From Cyanophyceae cyanobacterium (lineage in GTDB: Bacteria > Cyanobacteriota > Cyanobacteriia > Cyanobacteriales > Laspinemataceae), in contig JBBQFN010000028.1 in the NCBI GenBank assembly GCA_038321985.1, forward strand, positions 1-64,000: 64,000 bases of DNA, read 5' to 3'. A program made the position numbers and the translations under genes. Under the pieces are notes generated by a model. It was not told the DNA's origin, searched no databases, and worked only from the letters and a program-made list of their open reading frames with translations. Positions 40,422-50,421 of the stretch are shown one piece after another (position 1 is the first letter of the stretch; each line of letters opens with the position of its first letter).

Positions 40422-42806
40422 TTAGAGAGAAATAGTCTCTTCTTCCTCCACTTCCAGTTCGCGATCGCGTCCATTGTAGTGGCGATCGCCATAATCCAAA
40501 GCGTTGTTTTGTCCTTGAACGCCGTTAGCAATAATCCCGAGTACCGTGGTGTTACTGGTTTGCAGTTCGGCGATCGCTTGCTGGATAGCTGGTTTTTCAG
40601 TGTGACCCATGCTGACGACTAAGCCAATCCCATCGGTATAAGCGGCCAAAACACGCCCATCCACAACCCCGAGTAGGGGTGGGGTATCATAAATCACTAG
40701 GTCAAATAACGAGTGCCATTGCTGCATCAGGTTGTGCATTTTTTCAGAGGACAGCAACCGGATGGGGTCTGGAGGAGTGGCACCAGCGGTAAGGACAAAG
40801 AGATTGGGTTCCACAGGCGATCGCTGAATCGCCTCATTCATATCCATTTCCGTAGCAATCAGATGGGTTAATCCTTGACGGTTGGATAGTCCCAATCGTT
40901 TGTGGACTTGGGGCCACCGCAAGTCTGCATCGACCAATAGCACCCGCTGTCCCATTGATGCGGCAGCTTCAGCGAGATTCACGGCCACCGTTGATTTACC
41001 TTCTGCGGGAATAGCCGAGGCGATCGCCACGGATCGCAGGGGTTTACCAGGAGTCAGGAAGCGGATATTAGCATTGAGCGATCGGAATGCTTCTAAAAAG
41101 CCAAAATCTCTGGCATAGTCCAAGGCAGCGCCCCCGCGAGCATCGGCAGATGCGAGGACAACCGAGCGATCGCTCGCCGGAATCAACCCTAAAATCGGCA
41201 AGCGCGTAGCATTTTTTAAGTCTTCCGGTGAATGGAATACATTATCCAATCGTTCTGCCAATAATGCAGCCCCAAATCCTAACATTAAGCCCAACATTGC
41301 CCCTAACACCAAGTTCCGGGGCAGACTTGGAGAAACAGGAATCAACTCCCCATCTTCATTGCGCGGCATAGTCGGTTGAGAAATCACTTCCCAGGGTACT
41401 TCTCTTTCCGCCGCATCCACCCGCAACCCTTCTCTCCGGGCTAACAAGTCGTTGAGGGTCGAGCTAGCAATCTGGAGTTCCCGCTGCAAATCCGTGTACT
41501 GGCGCAAAATAACCGGAAATTGTTCTCGGTATTCGCTTAACATTTTCGCGGCTTCCCCGAGCACTTGATTTCGCACTTGCAGGACTTGAATTTGGCTAGC
41601 CGCTTTTACCATTTCTTCAATCAAGCCTGTGCGAATTGTGTTTTGGAATGGAGCTTGGGGGTTGCCCACCACTCCACCGGGTAACTGGCCTCCTAACACT
41701 TCTGAGGCTTCTTGTCCTAACAGGAACTCTACTGTTTTTCGCTCTTCTAGGAGCACTTGAACTTGGGGCGAGTTCGGTGTAAACCGGTTTGATTCCGAGG
41801 CAATTTTATTTTCGAGTTCTTTGAGTCGATTGAGTCGCGCTTGATAGGTGGGAGCCTCACTTAAAACTGAAGCGGCGATCGCCGTATTGGGTTCAAGTCC
41901 AATTTGTCGGCGAAGGGTTTCATACAACTGTTGCTGTTGAACCAGTTGAGCTTGCGCATCTAAAAGTTGGTCATCAAGTTTAGTCAGTTGTTGAGCTAGC
42001 TGTTCCCCTTGTAACTCGGGTTCAATAATATTGTACTGCTGCCGAAATTTCTGGAGTTGTTCTTGCAGGGTATCCACCCGCTGCCGTAGCTGCGGGAGTT
42101 GGTCTTCAATAAATTGAATCCCTTGACTAATGCTGCTTTTGCGGTCTTCTAAACTGTATCGGAGGTAAGAATTTTGCAGGGTTTCCAAGACAAATTGAAT
42201 TTTCTCGGGTTCCGCGTCTCGATACCTAATTTCAAGAATTTTAGTATTTTTATTGAAGCGATCGAGGGAAAGGGGCGGTTTCTTGCCGCCAATCAGGGAG
42301 TTATACTCCAGTTCTGGATAACGGGCTTGAATCTGCTGAACAATGGGGTCGATCAGTTTGGGACTTTGTAGCACCGCGAGTTGGCTATCATAATCCAACC
42401 CTGAACCTTCCCCTTGGAGAAACTGCGCCCCCAGACCCCCTGCCATTGAAGAGATCCGAGAAAAATTGTCATCCTGACTCGTAACTGGCTCGACTAAAAT
42501 TTGAAACTTGCCTTCATACTCCGGTGTTTGGTTGGAGGTCCAGACGGCAACGCCGGCCGTGACGAGAGTCGCAACGCCCAGAATAACAAAAGCTCGACGC
42601 CGAATTACGGCAAATAACTGACCGAGGTCCAATTCCTCTTCATCTGGATCTTGAAATTCAGCCATATAAGGCATCGGCACTAGCTGTGACGGGTTGCCCG
42701 GTTGGTGAAGAGTTAACGGATGAGGATTGGGTGCGCTCTCCATTTCAATCTCTGGTGATGGTGTATTCCTTCGTATCGTAGCAGTCCCGCTGGAGGATTG
42801 GGGCAT
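40422..42806 (-). CDS. wzc: Polysaccharide co-polymerase / tyrosine autokinase (Wzc/GumC)
   Basis: Wzz-like N-terminal TM, coiled coil, second TM, PAEGKST, VDADLR, IYDTPP. Confidence 0.9.
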   Translation of the reverse strand: MPQSSSGTATIRRNTPSPEIEMESAPNPHPLTLHQPGNPSQLVPMPYMAEFQDPDEEELDLGQLFAVIRRRAFVILGVATLVTAGVAVWTSNQTPEYEGKFQILVEPVTSQDDNFSRISSMAGGLGAQFLQGEGSGLDYDSQLAVLQSPKLIDPIVQQIQARYPELEYNSLIGGKKPPLSLDRFNKNTKILEIRYRDAEPEKIQFVLETLQNSYLRYSLEDRKSSISQGIQFIEDQLPQLRQRVDTLQEQLQKFRQQYNIIEPELQGEQLAQQLTKLDDQLLDAQAQLVQQQQLYETLRRQIGLEPNTAIAASVLSEAPTYQARLNRLKELENKIASESNRFTPNSPQVQVLLEERKTVEFLLGQEASEVLGGQLPGGVVGNPQAPFQNTIRTGLIEEMVKAASQIQVLQVRNQVLGEAAKMLSEYREQFPVILRQYTDLQRELQIASSTLNDLLARREGLRVDAAEREVPWEVISQPTMPRNEDGELIPVSPSLPRNLVLGAMLGLMLGFGAALLAERLDNVFHSPEDLKNATRLPILGLIPASDRSVVLASADARGGAALDYARDFGFLEAFRSLNANIRFLTPGKPLRSVAIASAIPAEGKSTVAVNLAEAAASMGQRVLLVDADLRWPQVHKRLGLSNRQGLTHLIATEMDMNEAIQRSPVEPNLFVLTAGATPPDPIRLLSSEKMHNLMQQWHSLFDLVIYDTPPLLGVVDGRVLAAYTDGIGLVVSMGHTEKPAIQQAIAELQTSNTTVLGIIANGVQGQNNALDYGDRHYNGRDRELEVEEEETISL

Positions 42807-42867
42807 TCTAGGAGGAGTTATTCGAGGACCAGATTAAGCTAGTCCTCCACCCTTCCCTGGAGTTTTT

Positions 42868-45444
42868 CTAAAACAGAATATTAAAAAATCTCAAGATTCC
42901 AAATGCCGAGAAGACGGAATTGGTTACTTGCCCGATCGGGCTGACTCTATCTCCGAATCTTGCTAAACGGGTACGTCCTACCACAATTACATCATTGTTT
43001 CGCAGAATCGGATTAGTCCCTTCATCTAGTCCCTGAGCAAAATCAATGGGAATCGTTTGTCGAGAGACGGTCCCGTTGGGGTTCAAACGAATCAGTTCCA
43101 CCTCATCTTTTTCCGCCCGGGTATTATTAAATCCTCCCGCTACCAGAATCGCCTGGTTTAAGGAAGCATTGGGGGGTAATTCCACCATGCCTGGTTCCTG
43201 GATTTCCCCCACAATATTGACTTGAATCCGATTCGGAGAGAAACTCGCTGTCGCTAATCTTGGCGCTTCTGCTAAATCGATATTGGTCGCGGTTTGTACT
43301 ACAATCGTATCCCCCTGTTGCAGAAGAACATCTTCGTTGAGATTGCCATTCTCTAGAAGCTCCCATAGATTAACATCGATAATTTGTTGAGTACCATTTT
43401 TGCGCTGCCGTAGCACTTGAACCTGACGAATATCCGCGGTTGGAGTAATACCTCCGGCAATTTTAATAGCCCGGGTTACGGTTGGTAGTCCCACAATTGC
43501 ACCGCCGGTATTGGCCGTATTCAGATTTTGGGCCTCTCCGGTGGCACTGACATCTTCTCCAGATATAGTATAAGTTCCCGGACGGTTCACCTCTCCAACT
43601 ATGGCGACATTCAGGGGTGTAGATGTATTCGCCGCAAAGTTAGCCGTGGCAATCCGAGCGCTTTCTATCGAATTGGGGTTGCTAGCCGTTGGCACTTCAA
43701 TCGTATCCCCTTGTTGGAGGATGATATCTTGACTGAAATCCCCGCGATCGAGCATTTCCCACAGATTAACCACAATTGTTTGGGGGGCACCGGCTTTTGG
43801 GCGACGAAGTACCCGAATTTCCCGAATATCTGCCGAGAGGGTGACTCCGCCGGCAGTTTGCAGAGCACGGGTGACCGTGAGTTGCCCCCCCGCTTCATCC
43901 ACTCTCGTCACGGTGTACGCTCCCGGGCGAGCCACTTCTCCCGAAACAGCTATATTTACTGGCTGAGTAGGACTCCCTGCAAAACTAGATTGGGCTAATA
44001 GGGCAGATTCTGCCGGGTCAAAGCCGGTGCCAGTGGGAACGTAAATTGTATCTCCTTGTTGGAGAATAATATCTTGGCTGAGATCTCCTTGCCTAAGCAA
44101 GGCCCAAAGGTTAATCGGGATGATGCGGGCCGGACCAGCCTGGGGTTGCCGCAGCACTTGAATTTCGCCAATTTGTGCGGACTGGGTAACTCCCCCAGCA
44201 GTTTGCAAGGCGCGGGACACTGTGAGCAGGCCACCGACCTCATCTACTTGAGTAACCGTGTAAGAACCCGGTCTTGTAACCTCACCCACCACAGCAATAT
44301 TCACGGGTTGACTGGGATCCCCAGAAAAATTGGCTCGGGCTAACCGGGAGGATTCGGTGGGGCTAAACGCGTTGCCGGTTGGCACGTAAATCGTATCCCC
44401 TTGTTGGAGAATAATGTCTTGACTGATATCTCCATTCAGGAGCTGCCAGAGGTTGACCGCGAGTACCTGGGCCGGTCCTGAGTTGGGTTGCCGTCGCACT
44501 TGTATCTGTCCGACATCTGCTGATTGTGTCACTCCACCAGCGGTTTGCAAGGCTCGGGTTAGGGTGAGCAGTTCACCGGTTTCATTGACTCGGGATACAG
44601 TGTAGGACCCCGGTTTATTGATTTCCCCCACCACCGCGATATTGATTGGTTGAGATTGATCCCCTGCAATACTGGCCTCGGCTAGCTGACGGGCGTCGGT
44701 GGCGCTAATGTTAGCAGCAGGGGGAATAAAAATGGTGTCGCCATCGCGCAAGGTAACGTCTTGACTGAGATCTCCCAACTGAACTAAGGTAGTGAGGTCA
44801 ATGGTGATCAGTTGATTTGGCCCCCCTCTGGTCCGACGCAGGAGCTGAATCTGACGAATATTTGCAGTAGGGGTAATGCCTCCAGCCCTTTCAATAGCTG
44901 TGGTAATTGTGGGCCGTTGAGTGATGGCTTCAGCCGTGGTGATGATATAAGAACCGGGTCTTCTGACTTCCCCAGAAATTCCAATTTGCACGGGACGACG
45001 CTCGACTAGGCCGATCGTCAGGAACTCCGGTCTTTGTAGGTAGGGGGCATAGAGGTTTCTGAGTCTATTGGCCGCTTGCTCTAAGGTTAGCCCTTCTACT
45101 GAAACTCTCCCGACTAAGGGGAGATTTAAGGTGCCATCGACTAAGACTTGGTGTTGACCATTTTCCCCACTGTATTCGGGGACGTTAAAAATATCGATTT
45201 GAATGCGATCGCCTGGTCCCAGGGTGTAAGCTTCTTGGAGGGCTGCTCCCTGGGCCAAAAGTAAGGGTTCTTTTGTTGTGGGTGCTAAGGATGGCTGTGC
45301 TACCGTGGGAACTGCTGTGGTCAGAGCGATTAACACAGAGACTGTCAAACCAGCGAGCGACTGGGCGATCGGTTGGCTTAAAAGATTCCGACTAGATAAG
45401 GGGTGGCAATTAGATAGGGGACAAGAGGACTCTACAGTGACCAT
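42868..45444 (-). CDS. wza: Polysaccharide export protein (Wza-like) with six SLBB repeats
   Basis: YTLGPGDRI..DG.LNLPLVG Poly_export domain followed by six V.GEV.RPG.Y...AGG units. Confidence 0.88.
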   Translation of the reverse strand: MVTVESSCPLSNCHPLSSRNLLSQPIAQSLAGLTVSVLIALTTAVPTVAQPSLAPTTKEPLLLAQGAALQEAYTLGPGDRIQIDIFNVPEYSGENGQHQVLVDGTLNLPLVGRVSVEGLTLEQAANRLRNLYAPYLQRPEFLTIGLVERRPVQIGISGEVRRPGSYIITTAEAITQRPTITTAIERAGGITPTANIRQIQLLRRTRGGPNQLITIDLTTLVQLGDLSQDVTLRDGDTIFIPPAANISATDARQLAEASIAGDQSQPINIAVVGEINKPGSYTVSRVNETGELLTLTRALQTAGGVTQSADVGQIQVRRQPNSGPAQVLAVNLWQLLNGDISQDIILQQGDTIYVPTGNAFSPTESSRLARANFSGDPSQPVNIAVVGEVTRPGSYTVTQVDEVGGLLTVSRALQTAGGVTQSAQIGEIQVLRQPQAGPARIIPINLWALLRQGDLSQDIILQQGDTIYVPTGTGFDPAESALLAQSSFAGSPTQPVNIAVSGEVARPGAYTVTRVDEAGGQLTVTRALQTAGGVTLSADIREIRVLRRPKAGAPQTIVVNLWEMLDRGDFSQDIILQQGDTIEVPTASNPNSIESARIATANFAANTSTPLNVAIVGEVNRPGTYTISGEDVSATGEAQNLNTANTGGAIVGLPTVTRAIKIAGGITPTADIRQVQVLRQRKNGTQQIIDVNLWELLENGNLNEDVLLQQGDTIVVQTATNIDLAEAPRLATASFSPNRIQVNIVGEIQEPGMVELPPNASLNQAILVAGGFNNTRAEKDEVELIRLNPNGTVSRQTIPIDFAQGLDEGTNPILRNNDVIVVGRTRLARFGDRVSPIGQVTNSVFSAFGILRFFNILF

Positions 45445-45736
45445 ATTTTAAAAATTGAGTTGCCGCTTAATAATTTATTTAATGAAATCGGAATCCATGA
45501 GTAAGCAGGGGTAGACTAACCCACTGCTTTTTACTTTGCCACGGCACCCTGAGAATGGAGTGGGTAACTTTAATGGACGGGAGGTAAAGTGACCCTGACC
45601 CGCTGTAAAAGTGGTCAGGATATTTTATCCCATCCATGAAGACTGGTTGAACTAATTTATACGATTTCATCCCATTCTACCTTGAAAAATTTTTCTATCC
45701 TGGAGCTTTGACATCAAAAAAGTTGGAGTGTGGCTG

Positions 45737-47863
45737 TTAAGGTAGGGTAACGCTATCACTTCCAGCACCTCTTCCATCTAGGGACAGACCCGAAAACACA
45801 GTGGCTTCATTTTTAGCAGCGCCAGTCAGTTTAGAAGAACCCATGCCCTTCGGTTCTTCTACTAAATTGGAGAGTGATGTTAACCGAGGAGAGCGAAACC
45901 CCACTGAGGAAGGCTGATACTCAGGGACCAGCCGTTGCAATTCTGCTCGAATTGCAACGACATCATCGGTTCGAGTTTTCTGCACGAGAGCCTCTAACAG
46001 GGGCTGTAAAAATTCCCAGTGGATTTTAGCTTCTTGGGCGCAGAATATTTTAGGATGCTGAGTAGGTCTAGCTTTAGCACTATCAACCAACAATTCTTCA
46101 TGAAGTTTTTCTCCCGGTCTTAACCCGGTAATTTTAATGTCAATATCCTTTCCTGGCACTAACCCACTAAGCTGAATCATCTGGATTGCCAGATCGTAAA
46201 TTCGCACAGGTTCACCCATGTCTAATAAGAAGATTTCCCCTCTTTTTCCCATCGCTCCTGCTTGAATGACCAAACGGGCTGCTTCGGGTATGGACATAAA
46301 ATAACGCGTCATTTCAGGATGAGTGACCGTGATGGGTTGACCCTCGGAAATTTGCTTACGGAATCGGGGTACAACCGAACCACTACTATCAAGGACATTT
46401 CCAAATCTAACAATGGTGAAGCGTGTGGAAATACTGGATCGCTCGGCTAAAGCTTGCACGATTAGTTCCGCCACCCGTTTACTCGCTCCCATAATATTAG
46501 TGGGACGAACGGCTTTATCCGTGGAAATCAAAACAAAATTAGAAACCCCACAGTCGATCGCACAGCGAACAGTGGTCCAAGTTCCCATAACGTTATTGAT
46601 AATTCCTGGACAAGGATTGGATTCTACTAGGGGAACGTGCTTATACGCTGCGGCATGATAAATAGTATCAACCTGATATTTTGTCAGAATCCCAGCGAGC
46701 CGATTTTCATCGGTCACTGAACCCAAACAAGCGATCCGCTTGAGAGGGGGATAGGTTTCTGCTAATTCCATATCGATGCTATATAGGGCAAATTCGCCTA
46801 ACTCATACAGCACCAAACATTTAGGCTGTTGTTGAGCGATTTGACGGCATAACTCGGACCCAATCGACCCTCCAGCCCCAGTGACTAGAACAGTTTTTCC
46901 GGTGATATTGAGCCGTAACAATTCCGGATCGGGGATCACTTCTTCACGACCCAGTAGGTCAGCAATATCGATATTTCTAATTTCACTAATCGACACTTGA
47001 CCGGATAAAATTTCTCCAATACAAGGGACGGTTTTTACCGGCAGGGACAAAAACTGTAAGCCCTCTAAAATTTGCCGTTTTCTGATGCGATCAACCGAAG
47101 GCATCGCTAATAAAATGGTATCAAAAGGCTTCTGGAGTTGGAGTCTCGGTAAGGTGGTGGGTGAGTAAACCGGGAGTCCTTGAATATTTTGGTTTTCTAG
47201 AGAGCGATCGTCATCGACAAAAGCAACGGGTTGGTAACTGGGGTGATGGGCGAGGGATTGAGCCAGTTGCGACCCGGCAGATCCAGCACCGTAAATCACA
47301 ATCCGTTCCGGGGTTTGATTTTGGCGAGGTAGACCGATGAGCTTATTCACCACCCACCGCAGGGAAAGACGCACCCCCACGACCAGCAACAGGGTGAGCA
47401 GGGCATCGTTTAGCAGTACCGAGCGGGGTAACTGTAGGAACTCAAAGAAGTAGGCCAGTAGAACAAAGGCCCCAGAGCTAAACAGTACAGCTTTTGTCGC
47501 GGTTAATAAAAATTCCAAGCCTGCATACCGCAGCACAGGGCGGTACATTCCCGTTGCCAGGAAGACCAAGGGCTTGATCAGAATCAGGAGCAGAATCAGC
47601 CACAGATAGGGCCAGGTTTGTTGAACTGGGAACAGATCGCTGAACCGGAGTCCAAAAGCCCCATAAATGGCGACCAGAAAGACTGATGTATCCATACTCA
47701 ACAGAATCAGACGTTTCTGGGGCCTTGAGAGGGAAGTAGCGGCGATCTGAAAGGCAGTCGCTAATTTGTTTATCAGCCAGTGTTGGGTCATGGGAACAGT
47801 ATAAATTCCATAACGCTCGTTATGCTTGGACTGGGATCCGTAGGATTTGAGAGCAACTTTCAT
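45737..47863 (-). CDS. Membrane-bound UDP-GlcNAc 4,6-dehydratase (CapD/WbpM/PglF-like)
   Basis: N-terminal TMs, GAGSAG, TGAGGSIGSEL, HAAAYKHVP, STDKAV, GLRPGEKLHEEL. Start may be ~47791. Confidence 0.92.
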   Translation of the reverse strand: MKVALKSYGSQSKHNERYGIYTVPMTQHWLINKLATAFQIAATSLSRPQKRLILLSMDTSVFLVAIYGAFGLRFSDLFPVQQTWPYLWLILLLILIKPLVFLATGMYRPVLRYAGLEFLLTATKAVLFSSGAFVLLAYFFEFLQLPRSVLLNDALLTLLLVVGVRLSLRWVVNKLIGLPRQNQTPERIVIYGAGSAGSQLAQSLAHHPSYQPVAFVDDDRSLENQNIQGLPVYSPTTLPRLQLQKPFDTILLAMPSVDRIRKRQILEGLQFLSLPVKTVPCIGEILSGQVSISEIRNIDIADLLGREEVIPDPELLRLNITGKTVLVTGAGGSIGSELCRQIAQQQPKCLVLYELGEFALYSIDMELAETYPPLKRIACLGSVTDENRLAGILTKYQVDTIYHAAAYKHVPLVESNPCPGIINNVMGTWTTVRCAIDCGVSNFVLISTDKAVRPTNIMGASKRVAELIVQALAERSSISTRFTIVRFGNVLDSSGSVVPRFRKQISEGQPITVTHPEMTRYFMSIPEAARLVIQAGAMGKRGEIFLLDMGEPVRIYDLAIQMIQLSGLVPGKDIDIKITGLRPGEKLHEELLVDSAKARPTQHPKIFCAQEAKIHWEFLQPLLEALVQKTRTDDVVAIRAELQRLVPEYQPSSVGFRSPRLTSLSNLVEEPKGMGSSKLTGAAKNEATVFSGLSLDGRGAGSDSVTLP

Positions 47864-48298
47864 AGAGATCTATGAATTTCCCGGATTGCTAAGAGTTCCC
47901 TCAATCCCCGAACACAGGATCCAGACTCGGTGCTAGGGGGCGATTTGCAACAAATCTTTAAAAGCTCTGTTGATTATAGGGTATTCTTACTAGGTTAGGA
48001 ACGTTTGCTCGGAAGCCTGTAGGATGGAGCCACCTGATCGGAATCTGCTCCTACGCGGGCTAATCCAAATCATTCTGCATACGGCATTAGGACTGAGGTA
48101 TTCTCTCCTAAATTTAGGGGTTTATGCGTAAGTCTTGAGTTATAGCAGTCCTTGCGTGCCGTTGGGTCAGAGAACCCCGGTTTTAACCTGGGTAGGCCGA
48201 GTTCCAAGCTCGCTAGCTTTGTTACAAATCCTACAGGGATTGCTATAGGTAATAAATCCACTTTCTGCACATTTGCGATGCTTGCTCGGGGTCAGAAA

Positions 48299-48748
48299 TT
48301 ATTCCCAATCTTGGCGAGTATCACAGATGAAACTATCTGCGATCGCCTCCTCAAACTGATATGGACATTGTTCGGAAAACGTTCTCAAGGGTAAGTTTGT
48401 TTCTCGGAGTGCTAAATCAACTCCTGCTTCAAAGCCATCTTCTAAAGCGTCAACTATGCGAGACTTTAAGCTAGGATTGCGATACAAATGACGATTAATG
48501 GCCCGCCGTTGTTCTCTAATCGTCAAAAACCAACTGCGAGAACGGTTTTCTGGTTGGTATTCCCATTTGAGGAGATGCCCTAACAAGACAGTCAGGCGGC
48601 TGACTAATTCTCGGTATTCTTGTCTTCCCAAGGCTTGTAACTCTTCCTGTAAGTTTTGCCAATCTAATTCTGATACTTGTCTTTTTGCGAGTGCCTCTAC
48701 TTGCCTCTGTGTCCAGCCATAAAAATCTTGTTCGTATTGTGAAACCAT
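48299..48748 (-). CDS. DUF29-family protein
   Basis: YEQDFYGW..Q, LDWQNL.EEL, HLLKWEYQP..RSRSW..TIREQR, CPY. Confidence 0.9.
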   Translation of the reverse strand: MVSQYEQDFYGWTQRQVEALAKRQVSELDWQNLQEELQALGRQEYRELVSRLTVLLGHLLKWEYQPENRSRSWFLTIREQRRAINRHLYRNPSLKSRIVDALEDGFEAGVDLALRETNLPLRTFSEQCPYQFEEAIADSFICDTRQDWE

Positions 48749-48925
48749 TTTCAGAATTTATGGGATTGATATTTAGCTTGAACGTTTAAGATATTTTACT
48801 ATAGTCTTTTTTCTTCGTTTCCCGCCTCGGCGGGGGAATAACATAAGGGCGGAAGAGCCTACTTGCTAACCCATCACCCTTCCTCCGCTAAATATATGAT
48901 CGATCTTGGGTGCGGGTTCCACTTG

Positions 48926-48989
48926 AGAAACGGGGTTTCTAGTCCGAATTGTCGCCAAGTCCCCCAGATTTTATAGAAACCTGGTTTCT
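48926..48989. repeat. Pair of AGAAACNNGGTTTCT palindromes overlapping a gene 3' end
   Basis: AGAAACGGGGTTTCT (48926-48940) and AGAAACCTGGTTTCT (48975-48989); same family as 26924. Confidence 0.65.
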
Positions 48990-50009
48990 GCCTCCTACAC
49001 CCCGACTCAAATACACCTCTCCCCCAACCATCCCCACCACTACGAGGGCTAACCCTATCCCAGCACCCACTCCATCCCACCGAAAAATACTCAGGGCAAT
49101 CAACAGAGTACAGGCGATATAGGTACTGGCAACTTGGGCGTGAGTCCAACCCGATTGTTGCAAGCGTTGATACAAATGACTCCGGTGGGCTTTAAAGATA
49201 TTTTCCCGGCGGATGAGGCGGCGAACCAGGGTGTAGATGGCGTCAGCGCTGAGGGGTAGGCTGATGGTGAGAGCTGTCCAGGCGGCGATGGGGTTGTGGG
49301 CGTTGAGGAGGGATATGGCTACTGCGGCACCTAATACGGTACTGCCTACATCCCCCATGAAGATTTTGGCCGGGGACCAGTTCCACCACAGGAAGCCGAG
49401 GAGGGCCGCAACCAGGAGCCACCAGAGGGGTTGGTTCAAGTAGAGGGCGAGAAACCCCAGTTGGACGAGGGTGACTCCGGCAACCAAGCCGTCTAAACCG
49501 TCCATGAAGTTATAGAAGTTTATCAGGGCGGTGATGGCGATCAAGGTGAGGCTGGAGGCGATGAGTTGTCCCGGGAGTCCGAAGCTGGTTAGCCAAGGTT
49601 GCGGAAAAGGGCCAAAACAGAAGAGGGCGATACCGGCGGCCGTGAGTTGGACTAGGTAGCGGATACTGGAGGGGAGGTTGTGGCGATCGTCCAGGAAGCC
49701 GATGATGGCGAGGGGAGTGAGGATACTCCAAATTGGCAGTAATAAGGATAATACAAATTGTGGAGATGTTATCTGTAATAGATTGGCTGGTAATATTTTT
49801 GGGAAATAGCTTGACACAATTGGTGTGAGTATGGTGAAGCAGGCAAAGGCGATGATGAAGCCTAAGCCGCCTCCCCGTGGGGTGGGTTGGCTGTGGGAAC
49901 TGCGATCGTTGGGAATGTCGAGGAGCTTTTGGCTGAATCGTTGTTTTAGCCAGCCCGTGGTGAGGAGGCTGAGGAGGAAGGTGGTAAGAGATAGAGTCAG
50001 GAGTGGCAT
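48939..50009 (-). CDS. MraY/WecA-family (WbpL-like) polyprenyl-phosphate sugar-1-phosphate transferase
   Basis: PNDRSSH..PTPRGGG, GFLDD, NFYNFMDGLDG, KIFMGDVGS, AHRSHLYQRL. Confidence 0.92.
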   Translation of the reverse strand: MPLLTLSLTTFLLSLLTTGWLKQRFSQKLLDIPNDRSSHSQPTPRGGGLGFIIAFACFTILTPIVSSYFPKILPANLLQITSPQFVLSLLLPIWSILTPLAIIGFLDDRHNLPSSIRYLVQLTAAGIALFCFGPFPQPWLTSFGLPGQLIASSLTLIAITALINFYNFMDGLDGLVAGVTLVQLGFLALYLNQPLWWLLVAALLGFLWWNWSPAKIFMGDVGSTVLGAAVAISLLNAHNPIAAWTALTISLPLSADAIYTLVRRLIRRENIFKAHRSHLYQRLQQSGWTHAQVASTYIACTLLIALSIFRWDGVGAGIGLALVVVGMVGGEVYLSRGVGGRNQVSIKSGGLGDNSD

Positions 50010-50421
50010 GATGAACGTAGAGTTTGCTGGAGACCCTCATCTATCGTAAATGGTGGTTGCCAGTTTAGGGTATTACGGATTTTGCTGCTATCTACGATCA
50101 GGGAACCCAGGAGGCGATCAAGGGTTGGGGTGTTGAGGGGGAGCGATCACGTTCGCTTCCGAAGCTTGCGGGCCAAGGGAATTTGCTGACCAAGTTGAGA
50201 TATATTGATCTATATGGAAAATCCTGATCGTATCTGTTGACCCAATTCAGCGAGCAAACTAATGCAGAAAAGTTTATAATTTTTTATTGCTCTTAGGGTT
50301 TATCAATTAGGCTATAATTGAGATAGTTTTTCTTTAGTCCAATGCACCCCTTTAAGAAGTACAATTGAATTTTTAATTTTAACTTTATTCTAATTCGCCA
50401 TTTTACGGAGGCACCCACTTA

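Noticed and set aside
49510..50040. 176-aa His/Pro/Arg-rich alternative-frame ORF
   Set aside because: Shadow frame of the GC-rich wecA-like gene, with composition typical of off-frame translation.
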